Positions 39,578 to 48,440 are shown, counted from the first letter of the stretch. The stretch is DNA of 64,000 nucleotides from an uncultured Prevotellaceae bacterium (GCA_902770635.1 CACXTX010000030.1:2467-66466); one strand, 5' to 3'. Translations and numbers: made by a program. Notes: generated by a model from the sequence alone, not told the origin.

Positions 39578-40666
39578 CTAACCTCTTACTTCTAACTTCT
39601 TCAATGCTTCCACAATCTCTTCGGGCTCTGGCACGATACCACCCAGACGGCCAAACTGCTCAACGGGTAATGCACCGTTGATGGCCAGACGGACATCTTG
39701 AACCATCTGTCCTGCGTTAATCTCTACAACCAGCACACCCTTCTTACCTTGCGCCATCTCGGCAATAGCCTTTGAGGGGAACGGCCACAAAGTGATGGGA
39801 CGCAACAGTCCAACCTTGATGCCTTCCTCGCGAGCCATCTCAATAGCCTTCTGGGTTAAGCGGGCAGCAGAACCAAAAGCAACAATAACGTACTCAGCAT
39901 CCTCGCAATAAAGAGTTTCATAGCGCACCTCTTTTTCGCGAATCTCTGCATATTTAGCCTGCAGGTGCAGGTTACGAGCCTCCATCGCCTCTGGCTTCAG
40001 TTCCAGCGAGGTAATGATATTGGGCTTACGATCCTTGGTACGGCCAATGGTAGCCCAAGGACACTGCTCACGGATTTCCTCTTCTGTACGACGGGGCTTA
40101 TAAGGAGGCAACACGATTTTCTCCATCATCTGACCTATCACACCATCTGCCAGAATCATGGCTGGATTGCGGTATTTGAAGGCCAGTTCGAAAGCCAAGT
40201 CAACGAAATCGGCCATCTCCTGTACAGAGTTTGGAGCCAGTACTATCACATTGTAGTCACCATTACCACCACCACGTGTAGCCTGGAAATAGTCTCCCTG
40301 TGAAGGCTGGATAGTACCCAGGCCGGGACCACCACGCTGCACATTCACGAAAACACCAGGCAGTTCAGCACCGGCCATATAGGTTATACCTTCCTGCATC
40401 AACGCGATGCCAGGACTTGACGATGAGGTCAGCACCTTCTTACCAGCTGCAGCACCTCCATAAATCATGTTGATACTGGCCACCTCACTTTCGGCCTGCA
40501 GGACTACCATACCAGTAGTCTCCCAAGGTTTCAGCTCTGCCAGCGTTTCAATCACCTCACTTTGTGGTGTAATAGGATAGCCAAAATATCCATCGGCACC
40601 ACAGCGAATGGCAGCATGGGCTATCGCCTCATTGCCTTTCATCAAAGTCACCTCTTTTTCTGCCAT
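39578..40666 (-). CDS. vorB: 2-oxoacid:ferredoxin oxidoreductase alpha subunit (VorB-like, 2-oxoisovalerate type)
   Basis: GYPITPQSE, QAESEVAS, TSSSSPGIALMQE and RGGPGLGTIQPSQGDY motifs. Confidence 0.88.
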   Translation of the reverse strand: MAEKEVTLMKGNEAIAHAAIRCGADGYFGYPITPQSEVIETLAELKPWETTGMVVLQAESEVASINMIYGGAAAGKKVLTSSSSPGIALMQEGITYMAGAELPGVFVNVQRGGPGLGTIQPSQGDYFQATRGGGNGDYNVIVLAPNSVQEMADFVDLAFELAFKYRNPAMILADGVIGQMMEKIVLPPYKPRRTEEEIREQCPWATIGRTKDRKPNIITSLELKPEAMEARNLHLQAKYAEIREKEVRYETLYCEDAEYVIVAFGSAARLTQKAIEMAREEGIKVGLLRPITLWPFPSKAIAEMAQGKKGVLVVEINAGQMVQDVRLAINGALPVEQFGRLGGIVPEPEEIVEALKKLEVRG

Positions 40667-40670
40667 CTTG

Positions 40671-40901
40671 TTACTCCTCCACTTTTTTACGATAAACCGT
40701 GATACATCCGTCAGGACAAACCACAGCGCACGAGGTACAACCCGTACACTTGTCTATCTGCGCAGGCTCCACATAGGGATAGCCACGCATGTTAACACGA
40801 TTAGCCAGTGCGATGACACCCTGTGGACAAGCGTTCACACAGAGCACACAACCTTTGCAACGGTCGGTATTCACCACAATGGCACCTTTCATCTTAGCCA
40901 T
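40671..40901 (-). CDS. 2x[4Fe-4S] ferredoxin (delta subunit)
   Basis: CKGCVLCVNACP and CTGCTSCAVVCP. Confidence 0.93.
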   Translation of the reverse strand: MAKMKGAIVVNTDRCKGCVLCVNACPQGVIALANRVNMRGYPYVEPAQIDKCTGCTSCAVVCPDGCITVYRKKVEE

Positions 40902-40916
40902 TTCTTTAGTATTTGT

Positions 40917-41096
40917 TTATGGATTATAATTATCTTTATTGTAATACGCCATGATGTCGTCGAGCATCCGTTTTGCCTCCACAGCAGGACTGTCCGCATC
41001 AAGCTCTATGGCCTGAATATAGCAGTTGATAGCCTCTCCAAACTGCCCTTGCTTTCTTAAAGCATTGCCTTGCTCGTACCACTCCTGCGCCGTCAT
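40917..41096 (-). CDS. Small TPR-repeat protein (59 aa; missing from the ORF track)
   Basis: Manual translation MTAQEWYEQGNALRKQGQFGEAINCYIQAIELDADSPAVEAKRMLDDIMAYYNKDNYNP; TPR consensus spacing; fills the gap between folD and the ferredoxin gene. Confidence 0.8.
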   Translation of the reverse strand: MTAQEWYEQGNALRKQGQFGEAINCYIQAIELDADSPAVEAKRMLDDIMAYYNKDNYNP

Positions 41097-41128
41097 TTCA
41101 TCATTTCTTCATTTATATTTCACACTTC

Positions 41129-42007
41129 TCATTTTTCATTTCTCATTTGCGAAGCAAGAAGCGTATTCTTCATCAGCGAGCAGATAGTCATGGGACCAAC
41201 GCCACCAGGTACAGGCGTGATGAATGAGCATTTAGGAGCAACCTCGTCAAACTTCACATCACCGTTCAGGCGGAAACCGCTCTTGCGGCTAGCATCAGGA
41301 ACACGAGTAGTACCCACGTCAATGATAACTGCACCCTCCTTCACCATATCGGCTGTTACGAAGTCAGGCTTTCCAATGGCAGCAATGATGATGTCTGCCT
41401 TCTGGCACTCTTCTTTGAGTGTCTTCGAACGAGAGTGGCACACGGTCACCGTGGCGTCGCCATACTGTTTCTGCATCATCAGCTGTGCCATCGGTTTACC
41501 CACAATGTTCGAGCGACCCAGAATGACACACTTCTTACCACTGGTCTCGATGTTATAGCGCTTCAACAGGGTAATAATGCCCAGAGGGGTTGCCGAGATA
41601 AAGCAAGGCAGACCTATCGCCATACGTCCCACATTGATAGGATGGAAACCATCCACGTCCTTACGATAGTCGATGGCCTCGATAATCTTCTGTTCGTCAA
41701 TATGCTTGGGTAAAGGCAGCTGGACGATAAAGCCGTCAACATCGGCATCCTTGTTCAGCTTATCGACACACGCCAGCAGTTCCTCCTCGGTGATGTTATC
41801 CTCAAAGCGTATCAGGGTGCTCTTGAAACCACAGGCCTCGCAAGCCAGCACCTTGTTCTTCACATACGTCTCCGAGCCACCGTCGTGACCTACCAATACG
41901 GCAGCCAGATGGGGCTGTTTGCCACCCTTGGCCACAATCTCTTTTACCTCTTCAGCTATCTCGGCCTTAATGGCTGTTGCTGTTGCTTTTCCGTCAATCA
42001 GTTGCAT
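41129..42007 (-). CDS. folD: Bifunctional methylenetetrahydrofolate dehydrogenase/cyclohydrolase
   Basis: [23 protein letters not shown] and [10 protein letters not shown] motifs. Confidence 0.97.
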   Translation of the reverse strand: MQLIDGKATATAIKAEIAEEVKEIVAKGGKQPHLAAVLVGHDGGSETYVKNKVLACEACGFKSTLIRFEDNITEEELLACVDKLNKDADVDGFIVQLPLPKHIDEQKIIEAIDYRKDVDGFHPINVGRMAIGLPCFISATPLGIITLLKRYNIETSGKKCVILGRSNIVGKPMAQLMMQKQYGDATVTVCHSRSKTLKEECQKADIIIAAIGKPDFVTADMVKEGAVIIDVGTTRVPDASRKSGFRLNGDVKFDEVAPKCSFITPVPGGVGPMTICSLMKNTLLASQMRNEK

Positions 42008-42074
42008 ATCTCTTATCCCTTTTTACTTTCAATGGCGGTAGCCAATTTTTCACTTTTCCTTTTTCACTTTTCCC

Positions 42075-43418
42075 TTAAAAAGGTTTCTTCCCTCTCATCA
42101 TGTTAGCCATCTGCATCATCTTCGAGTTGCCTCCGCCAGCTACCATGCGCATCACCTTACGAGTCTGGTCAAACTGCTTCATCAGTCGGTTCACCTCCTC
42201 TATCTTGGTACCACTACCTTTGGCAATACGCATTCTGCGACTTTGGTTAATGATGTCGGGATTAGCACGCTCCTTGGGTGTCATCGAGTTAATGATAGCC
42301 TCAATACCCTTGAAGGCATTATCATCGATATCCACGTCTTTCAGCGCTTTGCCCACACCAGGAATCATCGAAGCCAGGTCCTTGATGTTACCCATCTTCT
42401 TGATTTGCTGAATCTGACCCATGAAGTCGTCGAAGTCAAACTTGTTCTTACGGATCTTCTTCTCCAGACGCTTGGCTTCCTCCTCGTCAAACTGCTGCTG
42501 GGCACGCTCCACCAGTGAAACGATATCACCCATACCCAGAATACGGTCGGCCATACGCTCGGGGTGAAACACGTCGATGGCCTCCATCTTCTCGCCCGTG
42601 CCCACAAACTTGATGGGTTTCGTAACGACCGTTCGGATGGAGAGCGCTGCGCCACCGCGCGTATCACCGTCGAGCTTGGTCAGTACAACGCCGTCGAAAT
42701 CCAGACGGTCGTTGAACTCCTTAGCCGTATTCACTGCGTCCTGACCCGTCATCGAGTCCACTACAAACAGCGTCTCGTCGGGGTTGACAGCCTCTTTCAG
42801 GTTTGCTATCTCGTCCATCATCTCCTCGTCAACGGCCAGACGACCGGCGGTATCGATGATGACGACATTATAATTCTTCTGTTTGGCCTCACGGATAGCA
42901 TTGTTGGCTATCTCCACCACATTCTTGTTCTCTGGCTCTGAGTAAACGGGTACGCCAATGCTTTCACCCACCACGTGCAACTGCTGGATGGCAGCAGGAC
43001 GATAGACGTCACAAGCCACCAGCAACGGGTTCTTGTGCTGTTGCTTCTTCAGCAGGTTGGCCAACTTACCAGAGAACGTGGTCTTACCAGAGCCCTGCAG
43101 ACCTGACATCAGGATAATAGCAGGACGGCCTTCCAACTTCAACTCCGAAGCCTTGCCACCCATCAGTTCAGCCAGCTCGTCGTGTACAATCTTCACCATC
43201 AGCTGGCTGGGCTTCACGGCAGTAAGCACGTTCATACCCATTGCCTTCTGCTTGACGGTATCCGTGAATGTCTTGGCAACCTTATAGTTTACGTCAGCAT
43301 CCAACAGGGCCTTACGGACATCCTTCAGTGTCTCGGCCACATTAATCTCGGTGATCTTTCCTTCACCTTTCAGTATCTTGAACGACCGTTCAAGTCTGTC
43401 ACTTAAGTTTTCAAACAT
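42075..43418 (-). CDS. ffh: Signal recognition particle protein
   Basis: GLQGSGKTT, DTAGRLA, TKLDGDTRGGAALS and M domain; TACCTTTG box at 43458-43465. Confidence 0.98.
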   Translation of the reverse strand: MFENLSDRLERSFKILKGEGKITEINVAETLKDVRKALLDADVNYKVAKTFTDTVKQKAMGMNVLTAVKPSQLMVKIVHDELAELMGGKASELKLEGRPAIILMSGLQGSGKTTFSGKLANLLKKQQHKNPLLVACDVYRPAAIQQLHVVGESIGVPVYSEPENKNVVEIANNAIREAKQKNYNVVIIDTAGRLAVDEEMMDEIANLKEAVNPDETLFVVDSMTGQDAVNTAKEFNDRLDFDGVVLTKLDGDTRGGAALSIRTVVTKPIKFVGTGEKMEAIDVFHPERMADRILGMGDIVSLVERAQQQFDEEEAKRLEKKIRKNKFDFDDFMGQIQQIKKMGNIKDLASMIPGVGKALKDVDIDDNAFKGIEAIINSMTPKERANPDIINQSRRMRIAKGSGTKIEEVNRLMKQFDQTRKVMRMVAGGGNSKMMQMANMMRGKKPF

Positions 43419-43470
43419 ATATGTAACTTACTTTTCTACAATCTACAATTTGGCGTACAAAGGTACAATA

Positions 43471-43506
43471 AAAAAACGAGACGTGCAAACATTACGTCCC
43501 GTTTTT
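43471..43506 (-). terminator. Probable terminator after djlA
   Basis: AAAAACG(A)GACGT...ACGTCCCGTTTTT stem with flanking A/T runs. Confidence 0.55.
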
Positions 43507-43531
43507 ACCTTATTTATAAATATCCTTGACT

Positions 43532-44326
43532 TTACAGCCCGCGGGCCTTCCAAATCTTGTCTTTGGCAGCATTAATTTCCTGGAACTTCTTCTCAGCAGC
43601 CCTGCGGATGTCCTCGCCCAGGGCTGCTACTTTGTCTGGATGGTGCTCAAGAGCCAAACGACGATATGCCTTTTTCACCTCATCGTCAGAAGCATTCGGA
43701 CTGACACCCAACACCTTATAGGCACTATCCAGGTCGTCCTTGCCCAGTCCCAGCATCGAATCTACTTCATCTACAGACATCTGCATCCACTGGGCACACT
43801 CCTTCATGGCCGTCACCTCGGTAGCATCCACACGTCCGTCGGCCTGCGAAATCATGACCAGGAAGTTCAGCAACTGCAAACGCTGGGCATATTCCATGTT
43901 CATGGCTATCTGCTGACAACATTGCATAACGGTTTGGCGGAACTGATAACTTCCAACCCTTTTCTGCTCGTCAAACAGTCGGCGAAGAATCTCCTCGCCT
44001 TGCTGCTGAGCCACATTGCCGAAGTTCTGGCGCAACATGTTACGCACCAGTTCCATCTCAGAGTGCATCACCTTGCCGTCAGCCCTGATGATGTAGGATG
44101 CCAGCACCAGCATCGAGAACAAAAAGCTGTTCCGTTGTCCCTGATAGGCACGCTGCTGAGCCTGTTGTTGTCCAAAGGGAGATTCAAATGTCCCCTGTGT
44201 CTCAGGCGTATTCACCGCATCGAGCACAGAATCAAGAAAACCACCCAGCACAATACCAGCCAGTGCACCCAACGGTCCACCACTCATAAAGCCGAGAACA
44301 CCACCAATCCACTTTCCTAATGCCAT
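43532..44326 (-). CDS. djlA: DjlA-like co-chaperone (TM + TerB-like + J domain)
   Basis: N-terminal [11 protein letters not shown] segment, IIRADGKV TerB-like region, J domain with HHPDK. Confidence 0.88.
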   Translation of the reverse strand: MALGKWIGGVLGFMSGGPLGALAGIVLGGFLDSVLDAVNTPETQGTFESPFGQQQAQQRAYQGQRNSFLFSMLVLASYIIRADGKVMHSEMELVRNMLRQNFGNVAQQQGEEILRRLFDEQKRVGSYQFRQTVMQCCQQIAMNMEYAQRLQLLNFLVMISQADGRVDATEVTAMKECAQWMQMSVDEVDSMLGLGKDDLDSAYKVLGVSPNASDDEVKKAYRRLALEHHPDKVAALGEDIRRAAEKKFQEINAAKDKIWKARGL

Positions 44327-44350
44327 TGCCTTAACTTTTCACTTTTTCCC

Positions 44351-45013
44351 TTAATAATCGTACCACCATACCTTGCCTTCGCGCTCCTCACGCTCCAGGT
44401 CATCAATCAAGCACTCAGCCAGTCTGAGCACCGTTTCCTGTGGCAGCTTGAAACGCGAATCGTCACTATGCGGATTGATACATTGCAGGAAGTGAGGCAT
44501 CTCGCCCTTATAAACCTCCCTCATCCGTCTGCTATCGGAATTGTCTGCCGAGCAACTGAAGGTGATGTTAGCCAGTCGGTCACACAACTTGACAAACGGA
44601 GCGTATGGAGTCTCGCGTATTCCTTGATAATACTTCTCTCCCGCTCTTTCAGCACGTGAGCGACCCTTGTCATTAGTTAGTGCATAGGCTATCTCGGTAG
44701 CCATAACTGCCTGTTCCTCAGACAAAAAGCTACGAGCCACTTTCATCACATCGTTATACGTCAGACGCGCATCCTCGATACTGTCGTGATAATAGCCTCC
44801 GAAGAACAAAGGTAGCACATCTTCCTCCCTTGCACACACCAGATGACCAAAATCCCGAATGCCCTGCACCACCATATCCAGATGATATCCATAGGGCAAA
44901 TCATCGCCATAAGTCTGGTTAACACTCTGATGCAAATCATGAGCCGACTGCCTGATTTGCTCTATCTTTCCTTCATACTTTTTCAAGTACGATTCAAATT
45001 CTTTTCTCTCCAT
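44351..45013 (-). CDS. Stand-alone HD hydrolase resembling RelA/SpoT hydrolase domain (small alarmone hydrolase-like)
   Basis: LPYGYHLDMV, YHDSIED and VKLCDRLANI motifs; TAACTTTG box at 45042-45049. Confidence 0.7.
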   Translation of the reverse strand: MERKEFESYLKKYEGKIEQIRQSAHDLHQSVNQTYGDDLPYGYHLDMVVQGIRDFGHLVCAREEDVLPLFFGGYYHDSIEDARLTYNDVMKVARSFLSEEQAVMATEIAYALTNDKGRSRAERAGEKYYQGIRETPYAPFVKLCDRLANITFSCSADNSDSRRMREVYKGEMPHFLQCINPHSDDSRFKLPQETVLRLAECLIDDLEREEREGKVWWYDY

Positions 45014-45111
45014 AGAGTTAGCTGCTTCAGAAATTATTCGACAAAGTTACGAAAAAACGAAGAAAAAGCCAAATTTATTTGGATTTTTTTGAGTGCAAAA
45101 AAAACAACCTT

Positions 45112-45311
45112 AGGCTATTTTTCCAATAACGCAAGAGTATTTTTGAATACTCCGAAAGTATTTTTGAATACTCCGAAAGTATTTTTGAATAAGGCAGGGT
45201 TATTGTTCAATAAGGTTTGGTTATTGCAAAATAAGGCTTGGTTATTGCAAAATAAGGCTTGGTTATTGCAAAATAAGGCTTGGTTATTGCAAAATAAGGC
45301 TTGGTTATTGT
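45112..45311. repeat. Tandem array of about ten 21-bp palindromic units
   Basis: TATT cores exactly every 21 nt from 45138 to 45306. Four identical TTGGTTATTGCAAAATAAGGC copies at 45217-45300. Confidence 0.9.
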
Positions 45312-45342
45312 CGATTTTTTGTTGCTTTTCTCCAAAAATCGG

Positions 45343-45426
45343 AATTTGCTGCCACCCTGCTGCCACCAAAAAAGTGCCTAAATACTGGCATTACAGAAGA
45401 TTGGTGGCAGGGTGGCAGCAGAAATT
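45343..45426. repeat. Imperfect inverted repeat with arms of about 26 bp
   Basis: AATTTGCTGCCACCCTGCTGCCACCAA ... TTGGTGGCAGGGTGGCAGCAGAAATT. Confidence 0.8.
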
Positions 45427-45666
45427 AAAAATTAAAAATTTCATAGTCACTTCAAAACACATCACTCAATACATAGCAGCTAGGTTGAAATCTAGTCATC
45501 AACTGACCCTATACAAACACCGCCTTTGCAGTCTGCTCTTGCAAAGGCGGTGTTTGTCCAGCTGACGCACATATTTTTGCTGATACTCTATTTCTTTCAT
45601 TGTTTTCTTTGATTATTCAAATATTATTCTTAATTTTGCACGCAGAAATCAAAACGTTTTGAAGAT

Positions 45667-45906
45667 ATGACTGCATTACAATTGAATGCGGAGTTGTTCC
45701 GTGAACTGAGCATCATTGCAGAAGATGAAGGTCTGATGAAGAAAGCATTGAAGGCCCTCAAGAAGTTATCTGCCAAGAAGCAGGCAATGGACGAGACAGA
45801 GTACATCATGTCCTCGCCAGAAATGGTGAAAATCCTGCGCGAAGGAGATGAAGAAATTGCCAAAGGAAATTTTGAACCTATTGCCATTGATGATCTATGG
45901 AAGTAG
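45667..45906 (+). CDS. Antitoxin partner of Txe/YoeB toxin (Axe/YefM-like C-terminus)
   Basis: 79 aa with DETEYIMSSPEMVKILREG motif; overlaps the toxin start; TAATTTTG box at 45631-45638. Confidence 0.8.
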   Translation: MTALQLNAELFRELSIIAEDEGLMKKALKALKKLSAKKQAMDETEYIMSSPEMVKILREGDEEIAKGNFEPIAIDDLWK

Positions 45907-46163
45907 TTCTGCTTAAACAAGCAAAAGCCGACCGAGATTATTGGAAGAGCACAGGCAACACACGTATTCTTAAACGCATCACAGCCTTGCTTAAAGATAT
46001 AGATCAGCACCCTTTTTCTGGTATTGGCAAGCCAGAACCATTGAAGGGTGAAAATGGTAAGTGGAGCCGACGAATTACCGATGAGCACCGCTTGGTATAC
46101 TCTATCAGTAATGGTCGTATTTACATATTTGTATTTTCCATGCGTTATCATTACTCCAAGTAA
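45897..46163 (+). CDS. yoeB: Txe/YoeB family mRNA interferase toxin
   Basis: PFSGIGKPEPLKG, WSRRITDEHRLVY and C-terminal RYHY. Confidence 0.93.
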   Translation: MEVVLLKQAKADRDYWKSTGNTRILKRITALLKDIDQHPFSGIGKPEPLKGENGKWSRRITDEHRLVYSISNGRIYIFVFSMRYHYSK

Positions 46164-46396
46164 TTTATACTCCCTGCCAAACAATCGGTTTATATATTGA
46201 ATATAGAATGAAGGAATATAAACAGACATTCCCGTCGGGCTTCTTCTGTGGTTAAAGTGAATCAAACCGCCCCACCCTTTTATAGCGTTGGAACAGGTAC
46301 CAGTCCCTGCCGTTTCTAGTGTTCCCAATTTAGTTGAAACATCGTATATCTTGACAAATTAACGAGTATCTTTTCAGTGAAGCAACTCATTAAATC

Positions 46397-46460
46397 GATT
46401 GACTCGAGTCATTTTACCGATTGACTCGAGCTATTTCATGATTTGACTCGAGTCATTTTT
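46397..46460. repeat. Three 22-bp-period units with palindromic TGACTCGAGTCA cores
   Basis: GACTCGAG starts at 46401, 46423 and 46445; the first and third are full TGACTCGAGTCA palindromes. Confidence 0.85.
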
Positions 46461-46690
46461 TTGAGGGCCTTGAAGTACTGAAATGATGTCCCTCTGAAAT
46501 CTTGACACTATAAAACGTAATATTTCCCGTTCATTGCCTCAAAAATCAAAAAACTGTGATTCGCAAGAATAACTTATATACTTTTCCATCGTAACCTATA
46601 TACTTACAGAGCATAAGCCATATACTTATCCTGAAACCACCATGTTTTTAGAGCAACTTTTATTCTTCCATCTTCCGTCAAACCCGCATA

Positions 46691-46723
46691 CATCTTCCGT
46701 CAGACTTCAGATGTCACTCACCC
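46691..46723 (+). repeat. 33-bp direct repeat, copy 1 (copy 2 at 47598-47630)
   Basis: CATCTTCCGTCAGACTTCAGATGTCACTCACCC versus CATCTTCCATCAGACTTCAGATGTCACTCACCC, one mismatch. Confidence 0.9.
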
Positions 46724-46839
46724 TATGGCATTGATATACAAGATGGTCGATTCCAGATTCTAAAGCAGATTACAGGAACCGTCCGTTTTTTAGGAGTGAA
46801 ACGCTGACCTGTCCCTAGTGTTCCAGACTAGACGGTCGG

Positions 46840-47241
46840 TTATACCGCTATCAATTCTTTACCTATTTCACGTACAGCATCAAGGATCAGCGTAACCCTT
46901 GCTTCGCCAGCCTTCTTCTTACCACTGATATACTGTGCCATCAGACTCTGAGAAATTCCCAAGCGGCGTGCGATAGCAGAGACATTCAACTCTGGGTGAG
47001 CCATAAAGACTTTGTAGAGTTGAGTCGTCTCTCGCTTATCAAAGAACCCTTCAAAGCTCAAGTCTTCATCAATGTCCTCCCAATGCAGTCCGTACTCATC
47101 AGCCTCATAATTTGCACGTTGTTCTTTGGTTGCATATCTTAGGCGAGGATAGTCTGCGAACTTCTCGCATGCCTCACGTCCTTCAGCAGTCCTAATCCAA
47201 ACCGCATCGTCAGTCAGCCAAATCTTCTCAATCTTCTCCAT
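46840..47241 (-). CDS. DUF2442-like protein with C-terminal HTH (putative antitoxin)
   Basis: YPRLRYATKEQRANYE...GLHWEDIDEDLSFEGF followed by HTH NVSAIARRLGISQSLMAQYISG. Start MEKIEK at 47241 has a GAGG RBS. Confidence 0.75.
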   Translation of the reverse strand: MEKIEKIWLTDDAVWIRTAEGREACEKFADYPRLRYATKEQRANYEADEYGLHWEDIDEDLSFEGFFDKRETTQLYKVFMAHPELNVSAIARRLGISQSLMAQYISGKKKAGEARVTLILDAVREIGKELIAV

Positions 47242-47254
47242 AGTTACCTCCTTT

Positions 47255-47494
47255 TTATTTTGCATTATTAAAAAACGTATTCCAATGCTGGGCTATAATC
47301 TCTTCGTTATCCTCCAAGATTGCCTCTATCATTTTCAGTTCAGACGGTTTGAAACCATGATTATAAACCAATGAAATGGGTAGGATGTTATATTTTGCCA
47401 CCGCTCCACCTTTCTTCACGTGAATATGGATGGGCGTATGGTCGTTCCCATAGAACCAAAATCTGAAACCTAATAGCGTAAATACTGTCGGCAT
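47255..47494 (-). CDS. DUF4160-like protein (putative toxin)
   Basis: MPTVF...GFRFWFYGNDHTPIHIHV...AKYNI...WNTFF pattern; TATCTTTG box at 47521-47528. Confidence 0.78.
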   Translation of the reverse strand: MPTVFTLLGFRFWFYGNDHTPIHIHVKKGGAVAKYNILPISLVYNHGFKPSELKMIEAILEDNEEIIAQHWNTFFNNAK

Positions 47495-47597
47495 ATCACT
47501 CAATCATTGCATTACTGCTGCAAAGATAGGTAATTATTTTATTACCTCCAAATTTTGGAACAACTTTTTTGTTTTCCATCTTCCTTCAACCATCATC

Positions 47598-47630
47598 CAT
47601 CTTCCATCAGACTTCAGATGTCACTCACCC
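47598..47630 (+). repeat. 33-bp direct repeat, copy 2
   Basis: Matches 46691-46723 at 32 of 33 positions. Confidence 0.9.
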
Positions 47631-47735
47631 GTCCCCGTGGCACCGAGAGAACTGTCCTTTTTATTCTTTATGTCAAAATGAATAAAAAATCCTATTTTTG
47701 AACGTAGGTGAAACAGTGCCACTAACAGCGTTTTC

Positions 47736-48440
47736 CTACCATCTCATTTTATTAGGGTCAACATCATCCAGAGCAAATAAGTCTGTAAACTTCTCATACG
47801 AATCATAGTGGCAAAAGAGGCTCTTCTGCTCTCTTAAAGCCTTACGAATAACCTCCGCTACTTCTGGAATGGTTGATTTTGGACCATCGCAATAAATGAA
47901 TTCATTGAGTTCCTTAACTGATTCCTTGTCGAATACACATTTCGCCAAGTCTATCATTTGTGTGTCTGTCAGTTGGTCAATTGTCCTAGGTGTAAAGGGA
48001 GGGTACTGTAAAGCCTCGCCTTTCATGAATTTCCATTGTTCTGCATTAAAGAATTCCTCATAAGCTATAGGGAAATCTTCGTTTTTTGCATGTTCTGCAA
48101 TAACTTTGAACCATTCCACATATTCCCTGTCCTCACCTTCAGCCAAATTGATAAAACTCTCGTATTCTCTCATGAAGTCATTAGCTGTTTTCATCCCTTC
48201 TCCTTCTTTAGGAAACGCAGCGCCTGTCGAGCCATAAGGACAATTGAATGGGATACAATCACTATGACGCTCAAATAAATTGCTGTCCTTCATCAAAACT
48301 TTTGGATATACCGCCCATCGCCAACAGCATCCGTTGGGCGACATACCTGGAAATAACCTCAGTTGTTCATATCCCCACTGATGGAGTTGATGAACAATCA
48401 TCACAATTTCATAAGCGCTGCAAGTATATAACAATTCCAT
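47736..48440 (-). CDS. Hypothetical protein
   Basis: 234-aa ORF co-oriented with and 18 bp from the upstream zinc-ribbon gene; no family recognised. Confidence 0.7.
   Translation of the reverse strand: MELLYTCSAYEIVMIVHQLHQWGYEQLRLFPGMSPNGCCWRWAVYPKVLMKDSNLFERHSDCIPFNCPYGSTGAAFPKEGEGMKTANDFMREYESFINLAEGEDREYVEWFKVIAEHAKNEDFPIAYEEFFNAEQWKFMKGEALQYPPFTPRTIDQLTDTQMIDLAKCVFDKESVKELNEFIYCDGPKSTIPEVAEVIRKALREQKSLFCHYDSYEKFTDLFALDDVDPNKMRW

Noticed and set aside
45112-45311. Possible CRISPR array
   Set aside because: Units abut directly with no unique spacers, and no cas genes are in the window.
44843-45565. ORFs 44843-45565 (+) and 45115-45369 (-) with heptapeptide repeats (NKAWLLQ / NNQALFC)
   Set aside because: These are translations of the 21-bp DNA array. 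A stop-free period divisible by three gives such ORFs trivially, and they overlap the HD gene and its promoter.
45630-46328. 232-aa minus-strand ORF
   Set aside because: It is antisense to the well-supported antitoxin/YoeB pair and has no recognisable motifs.
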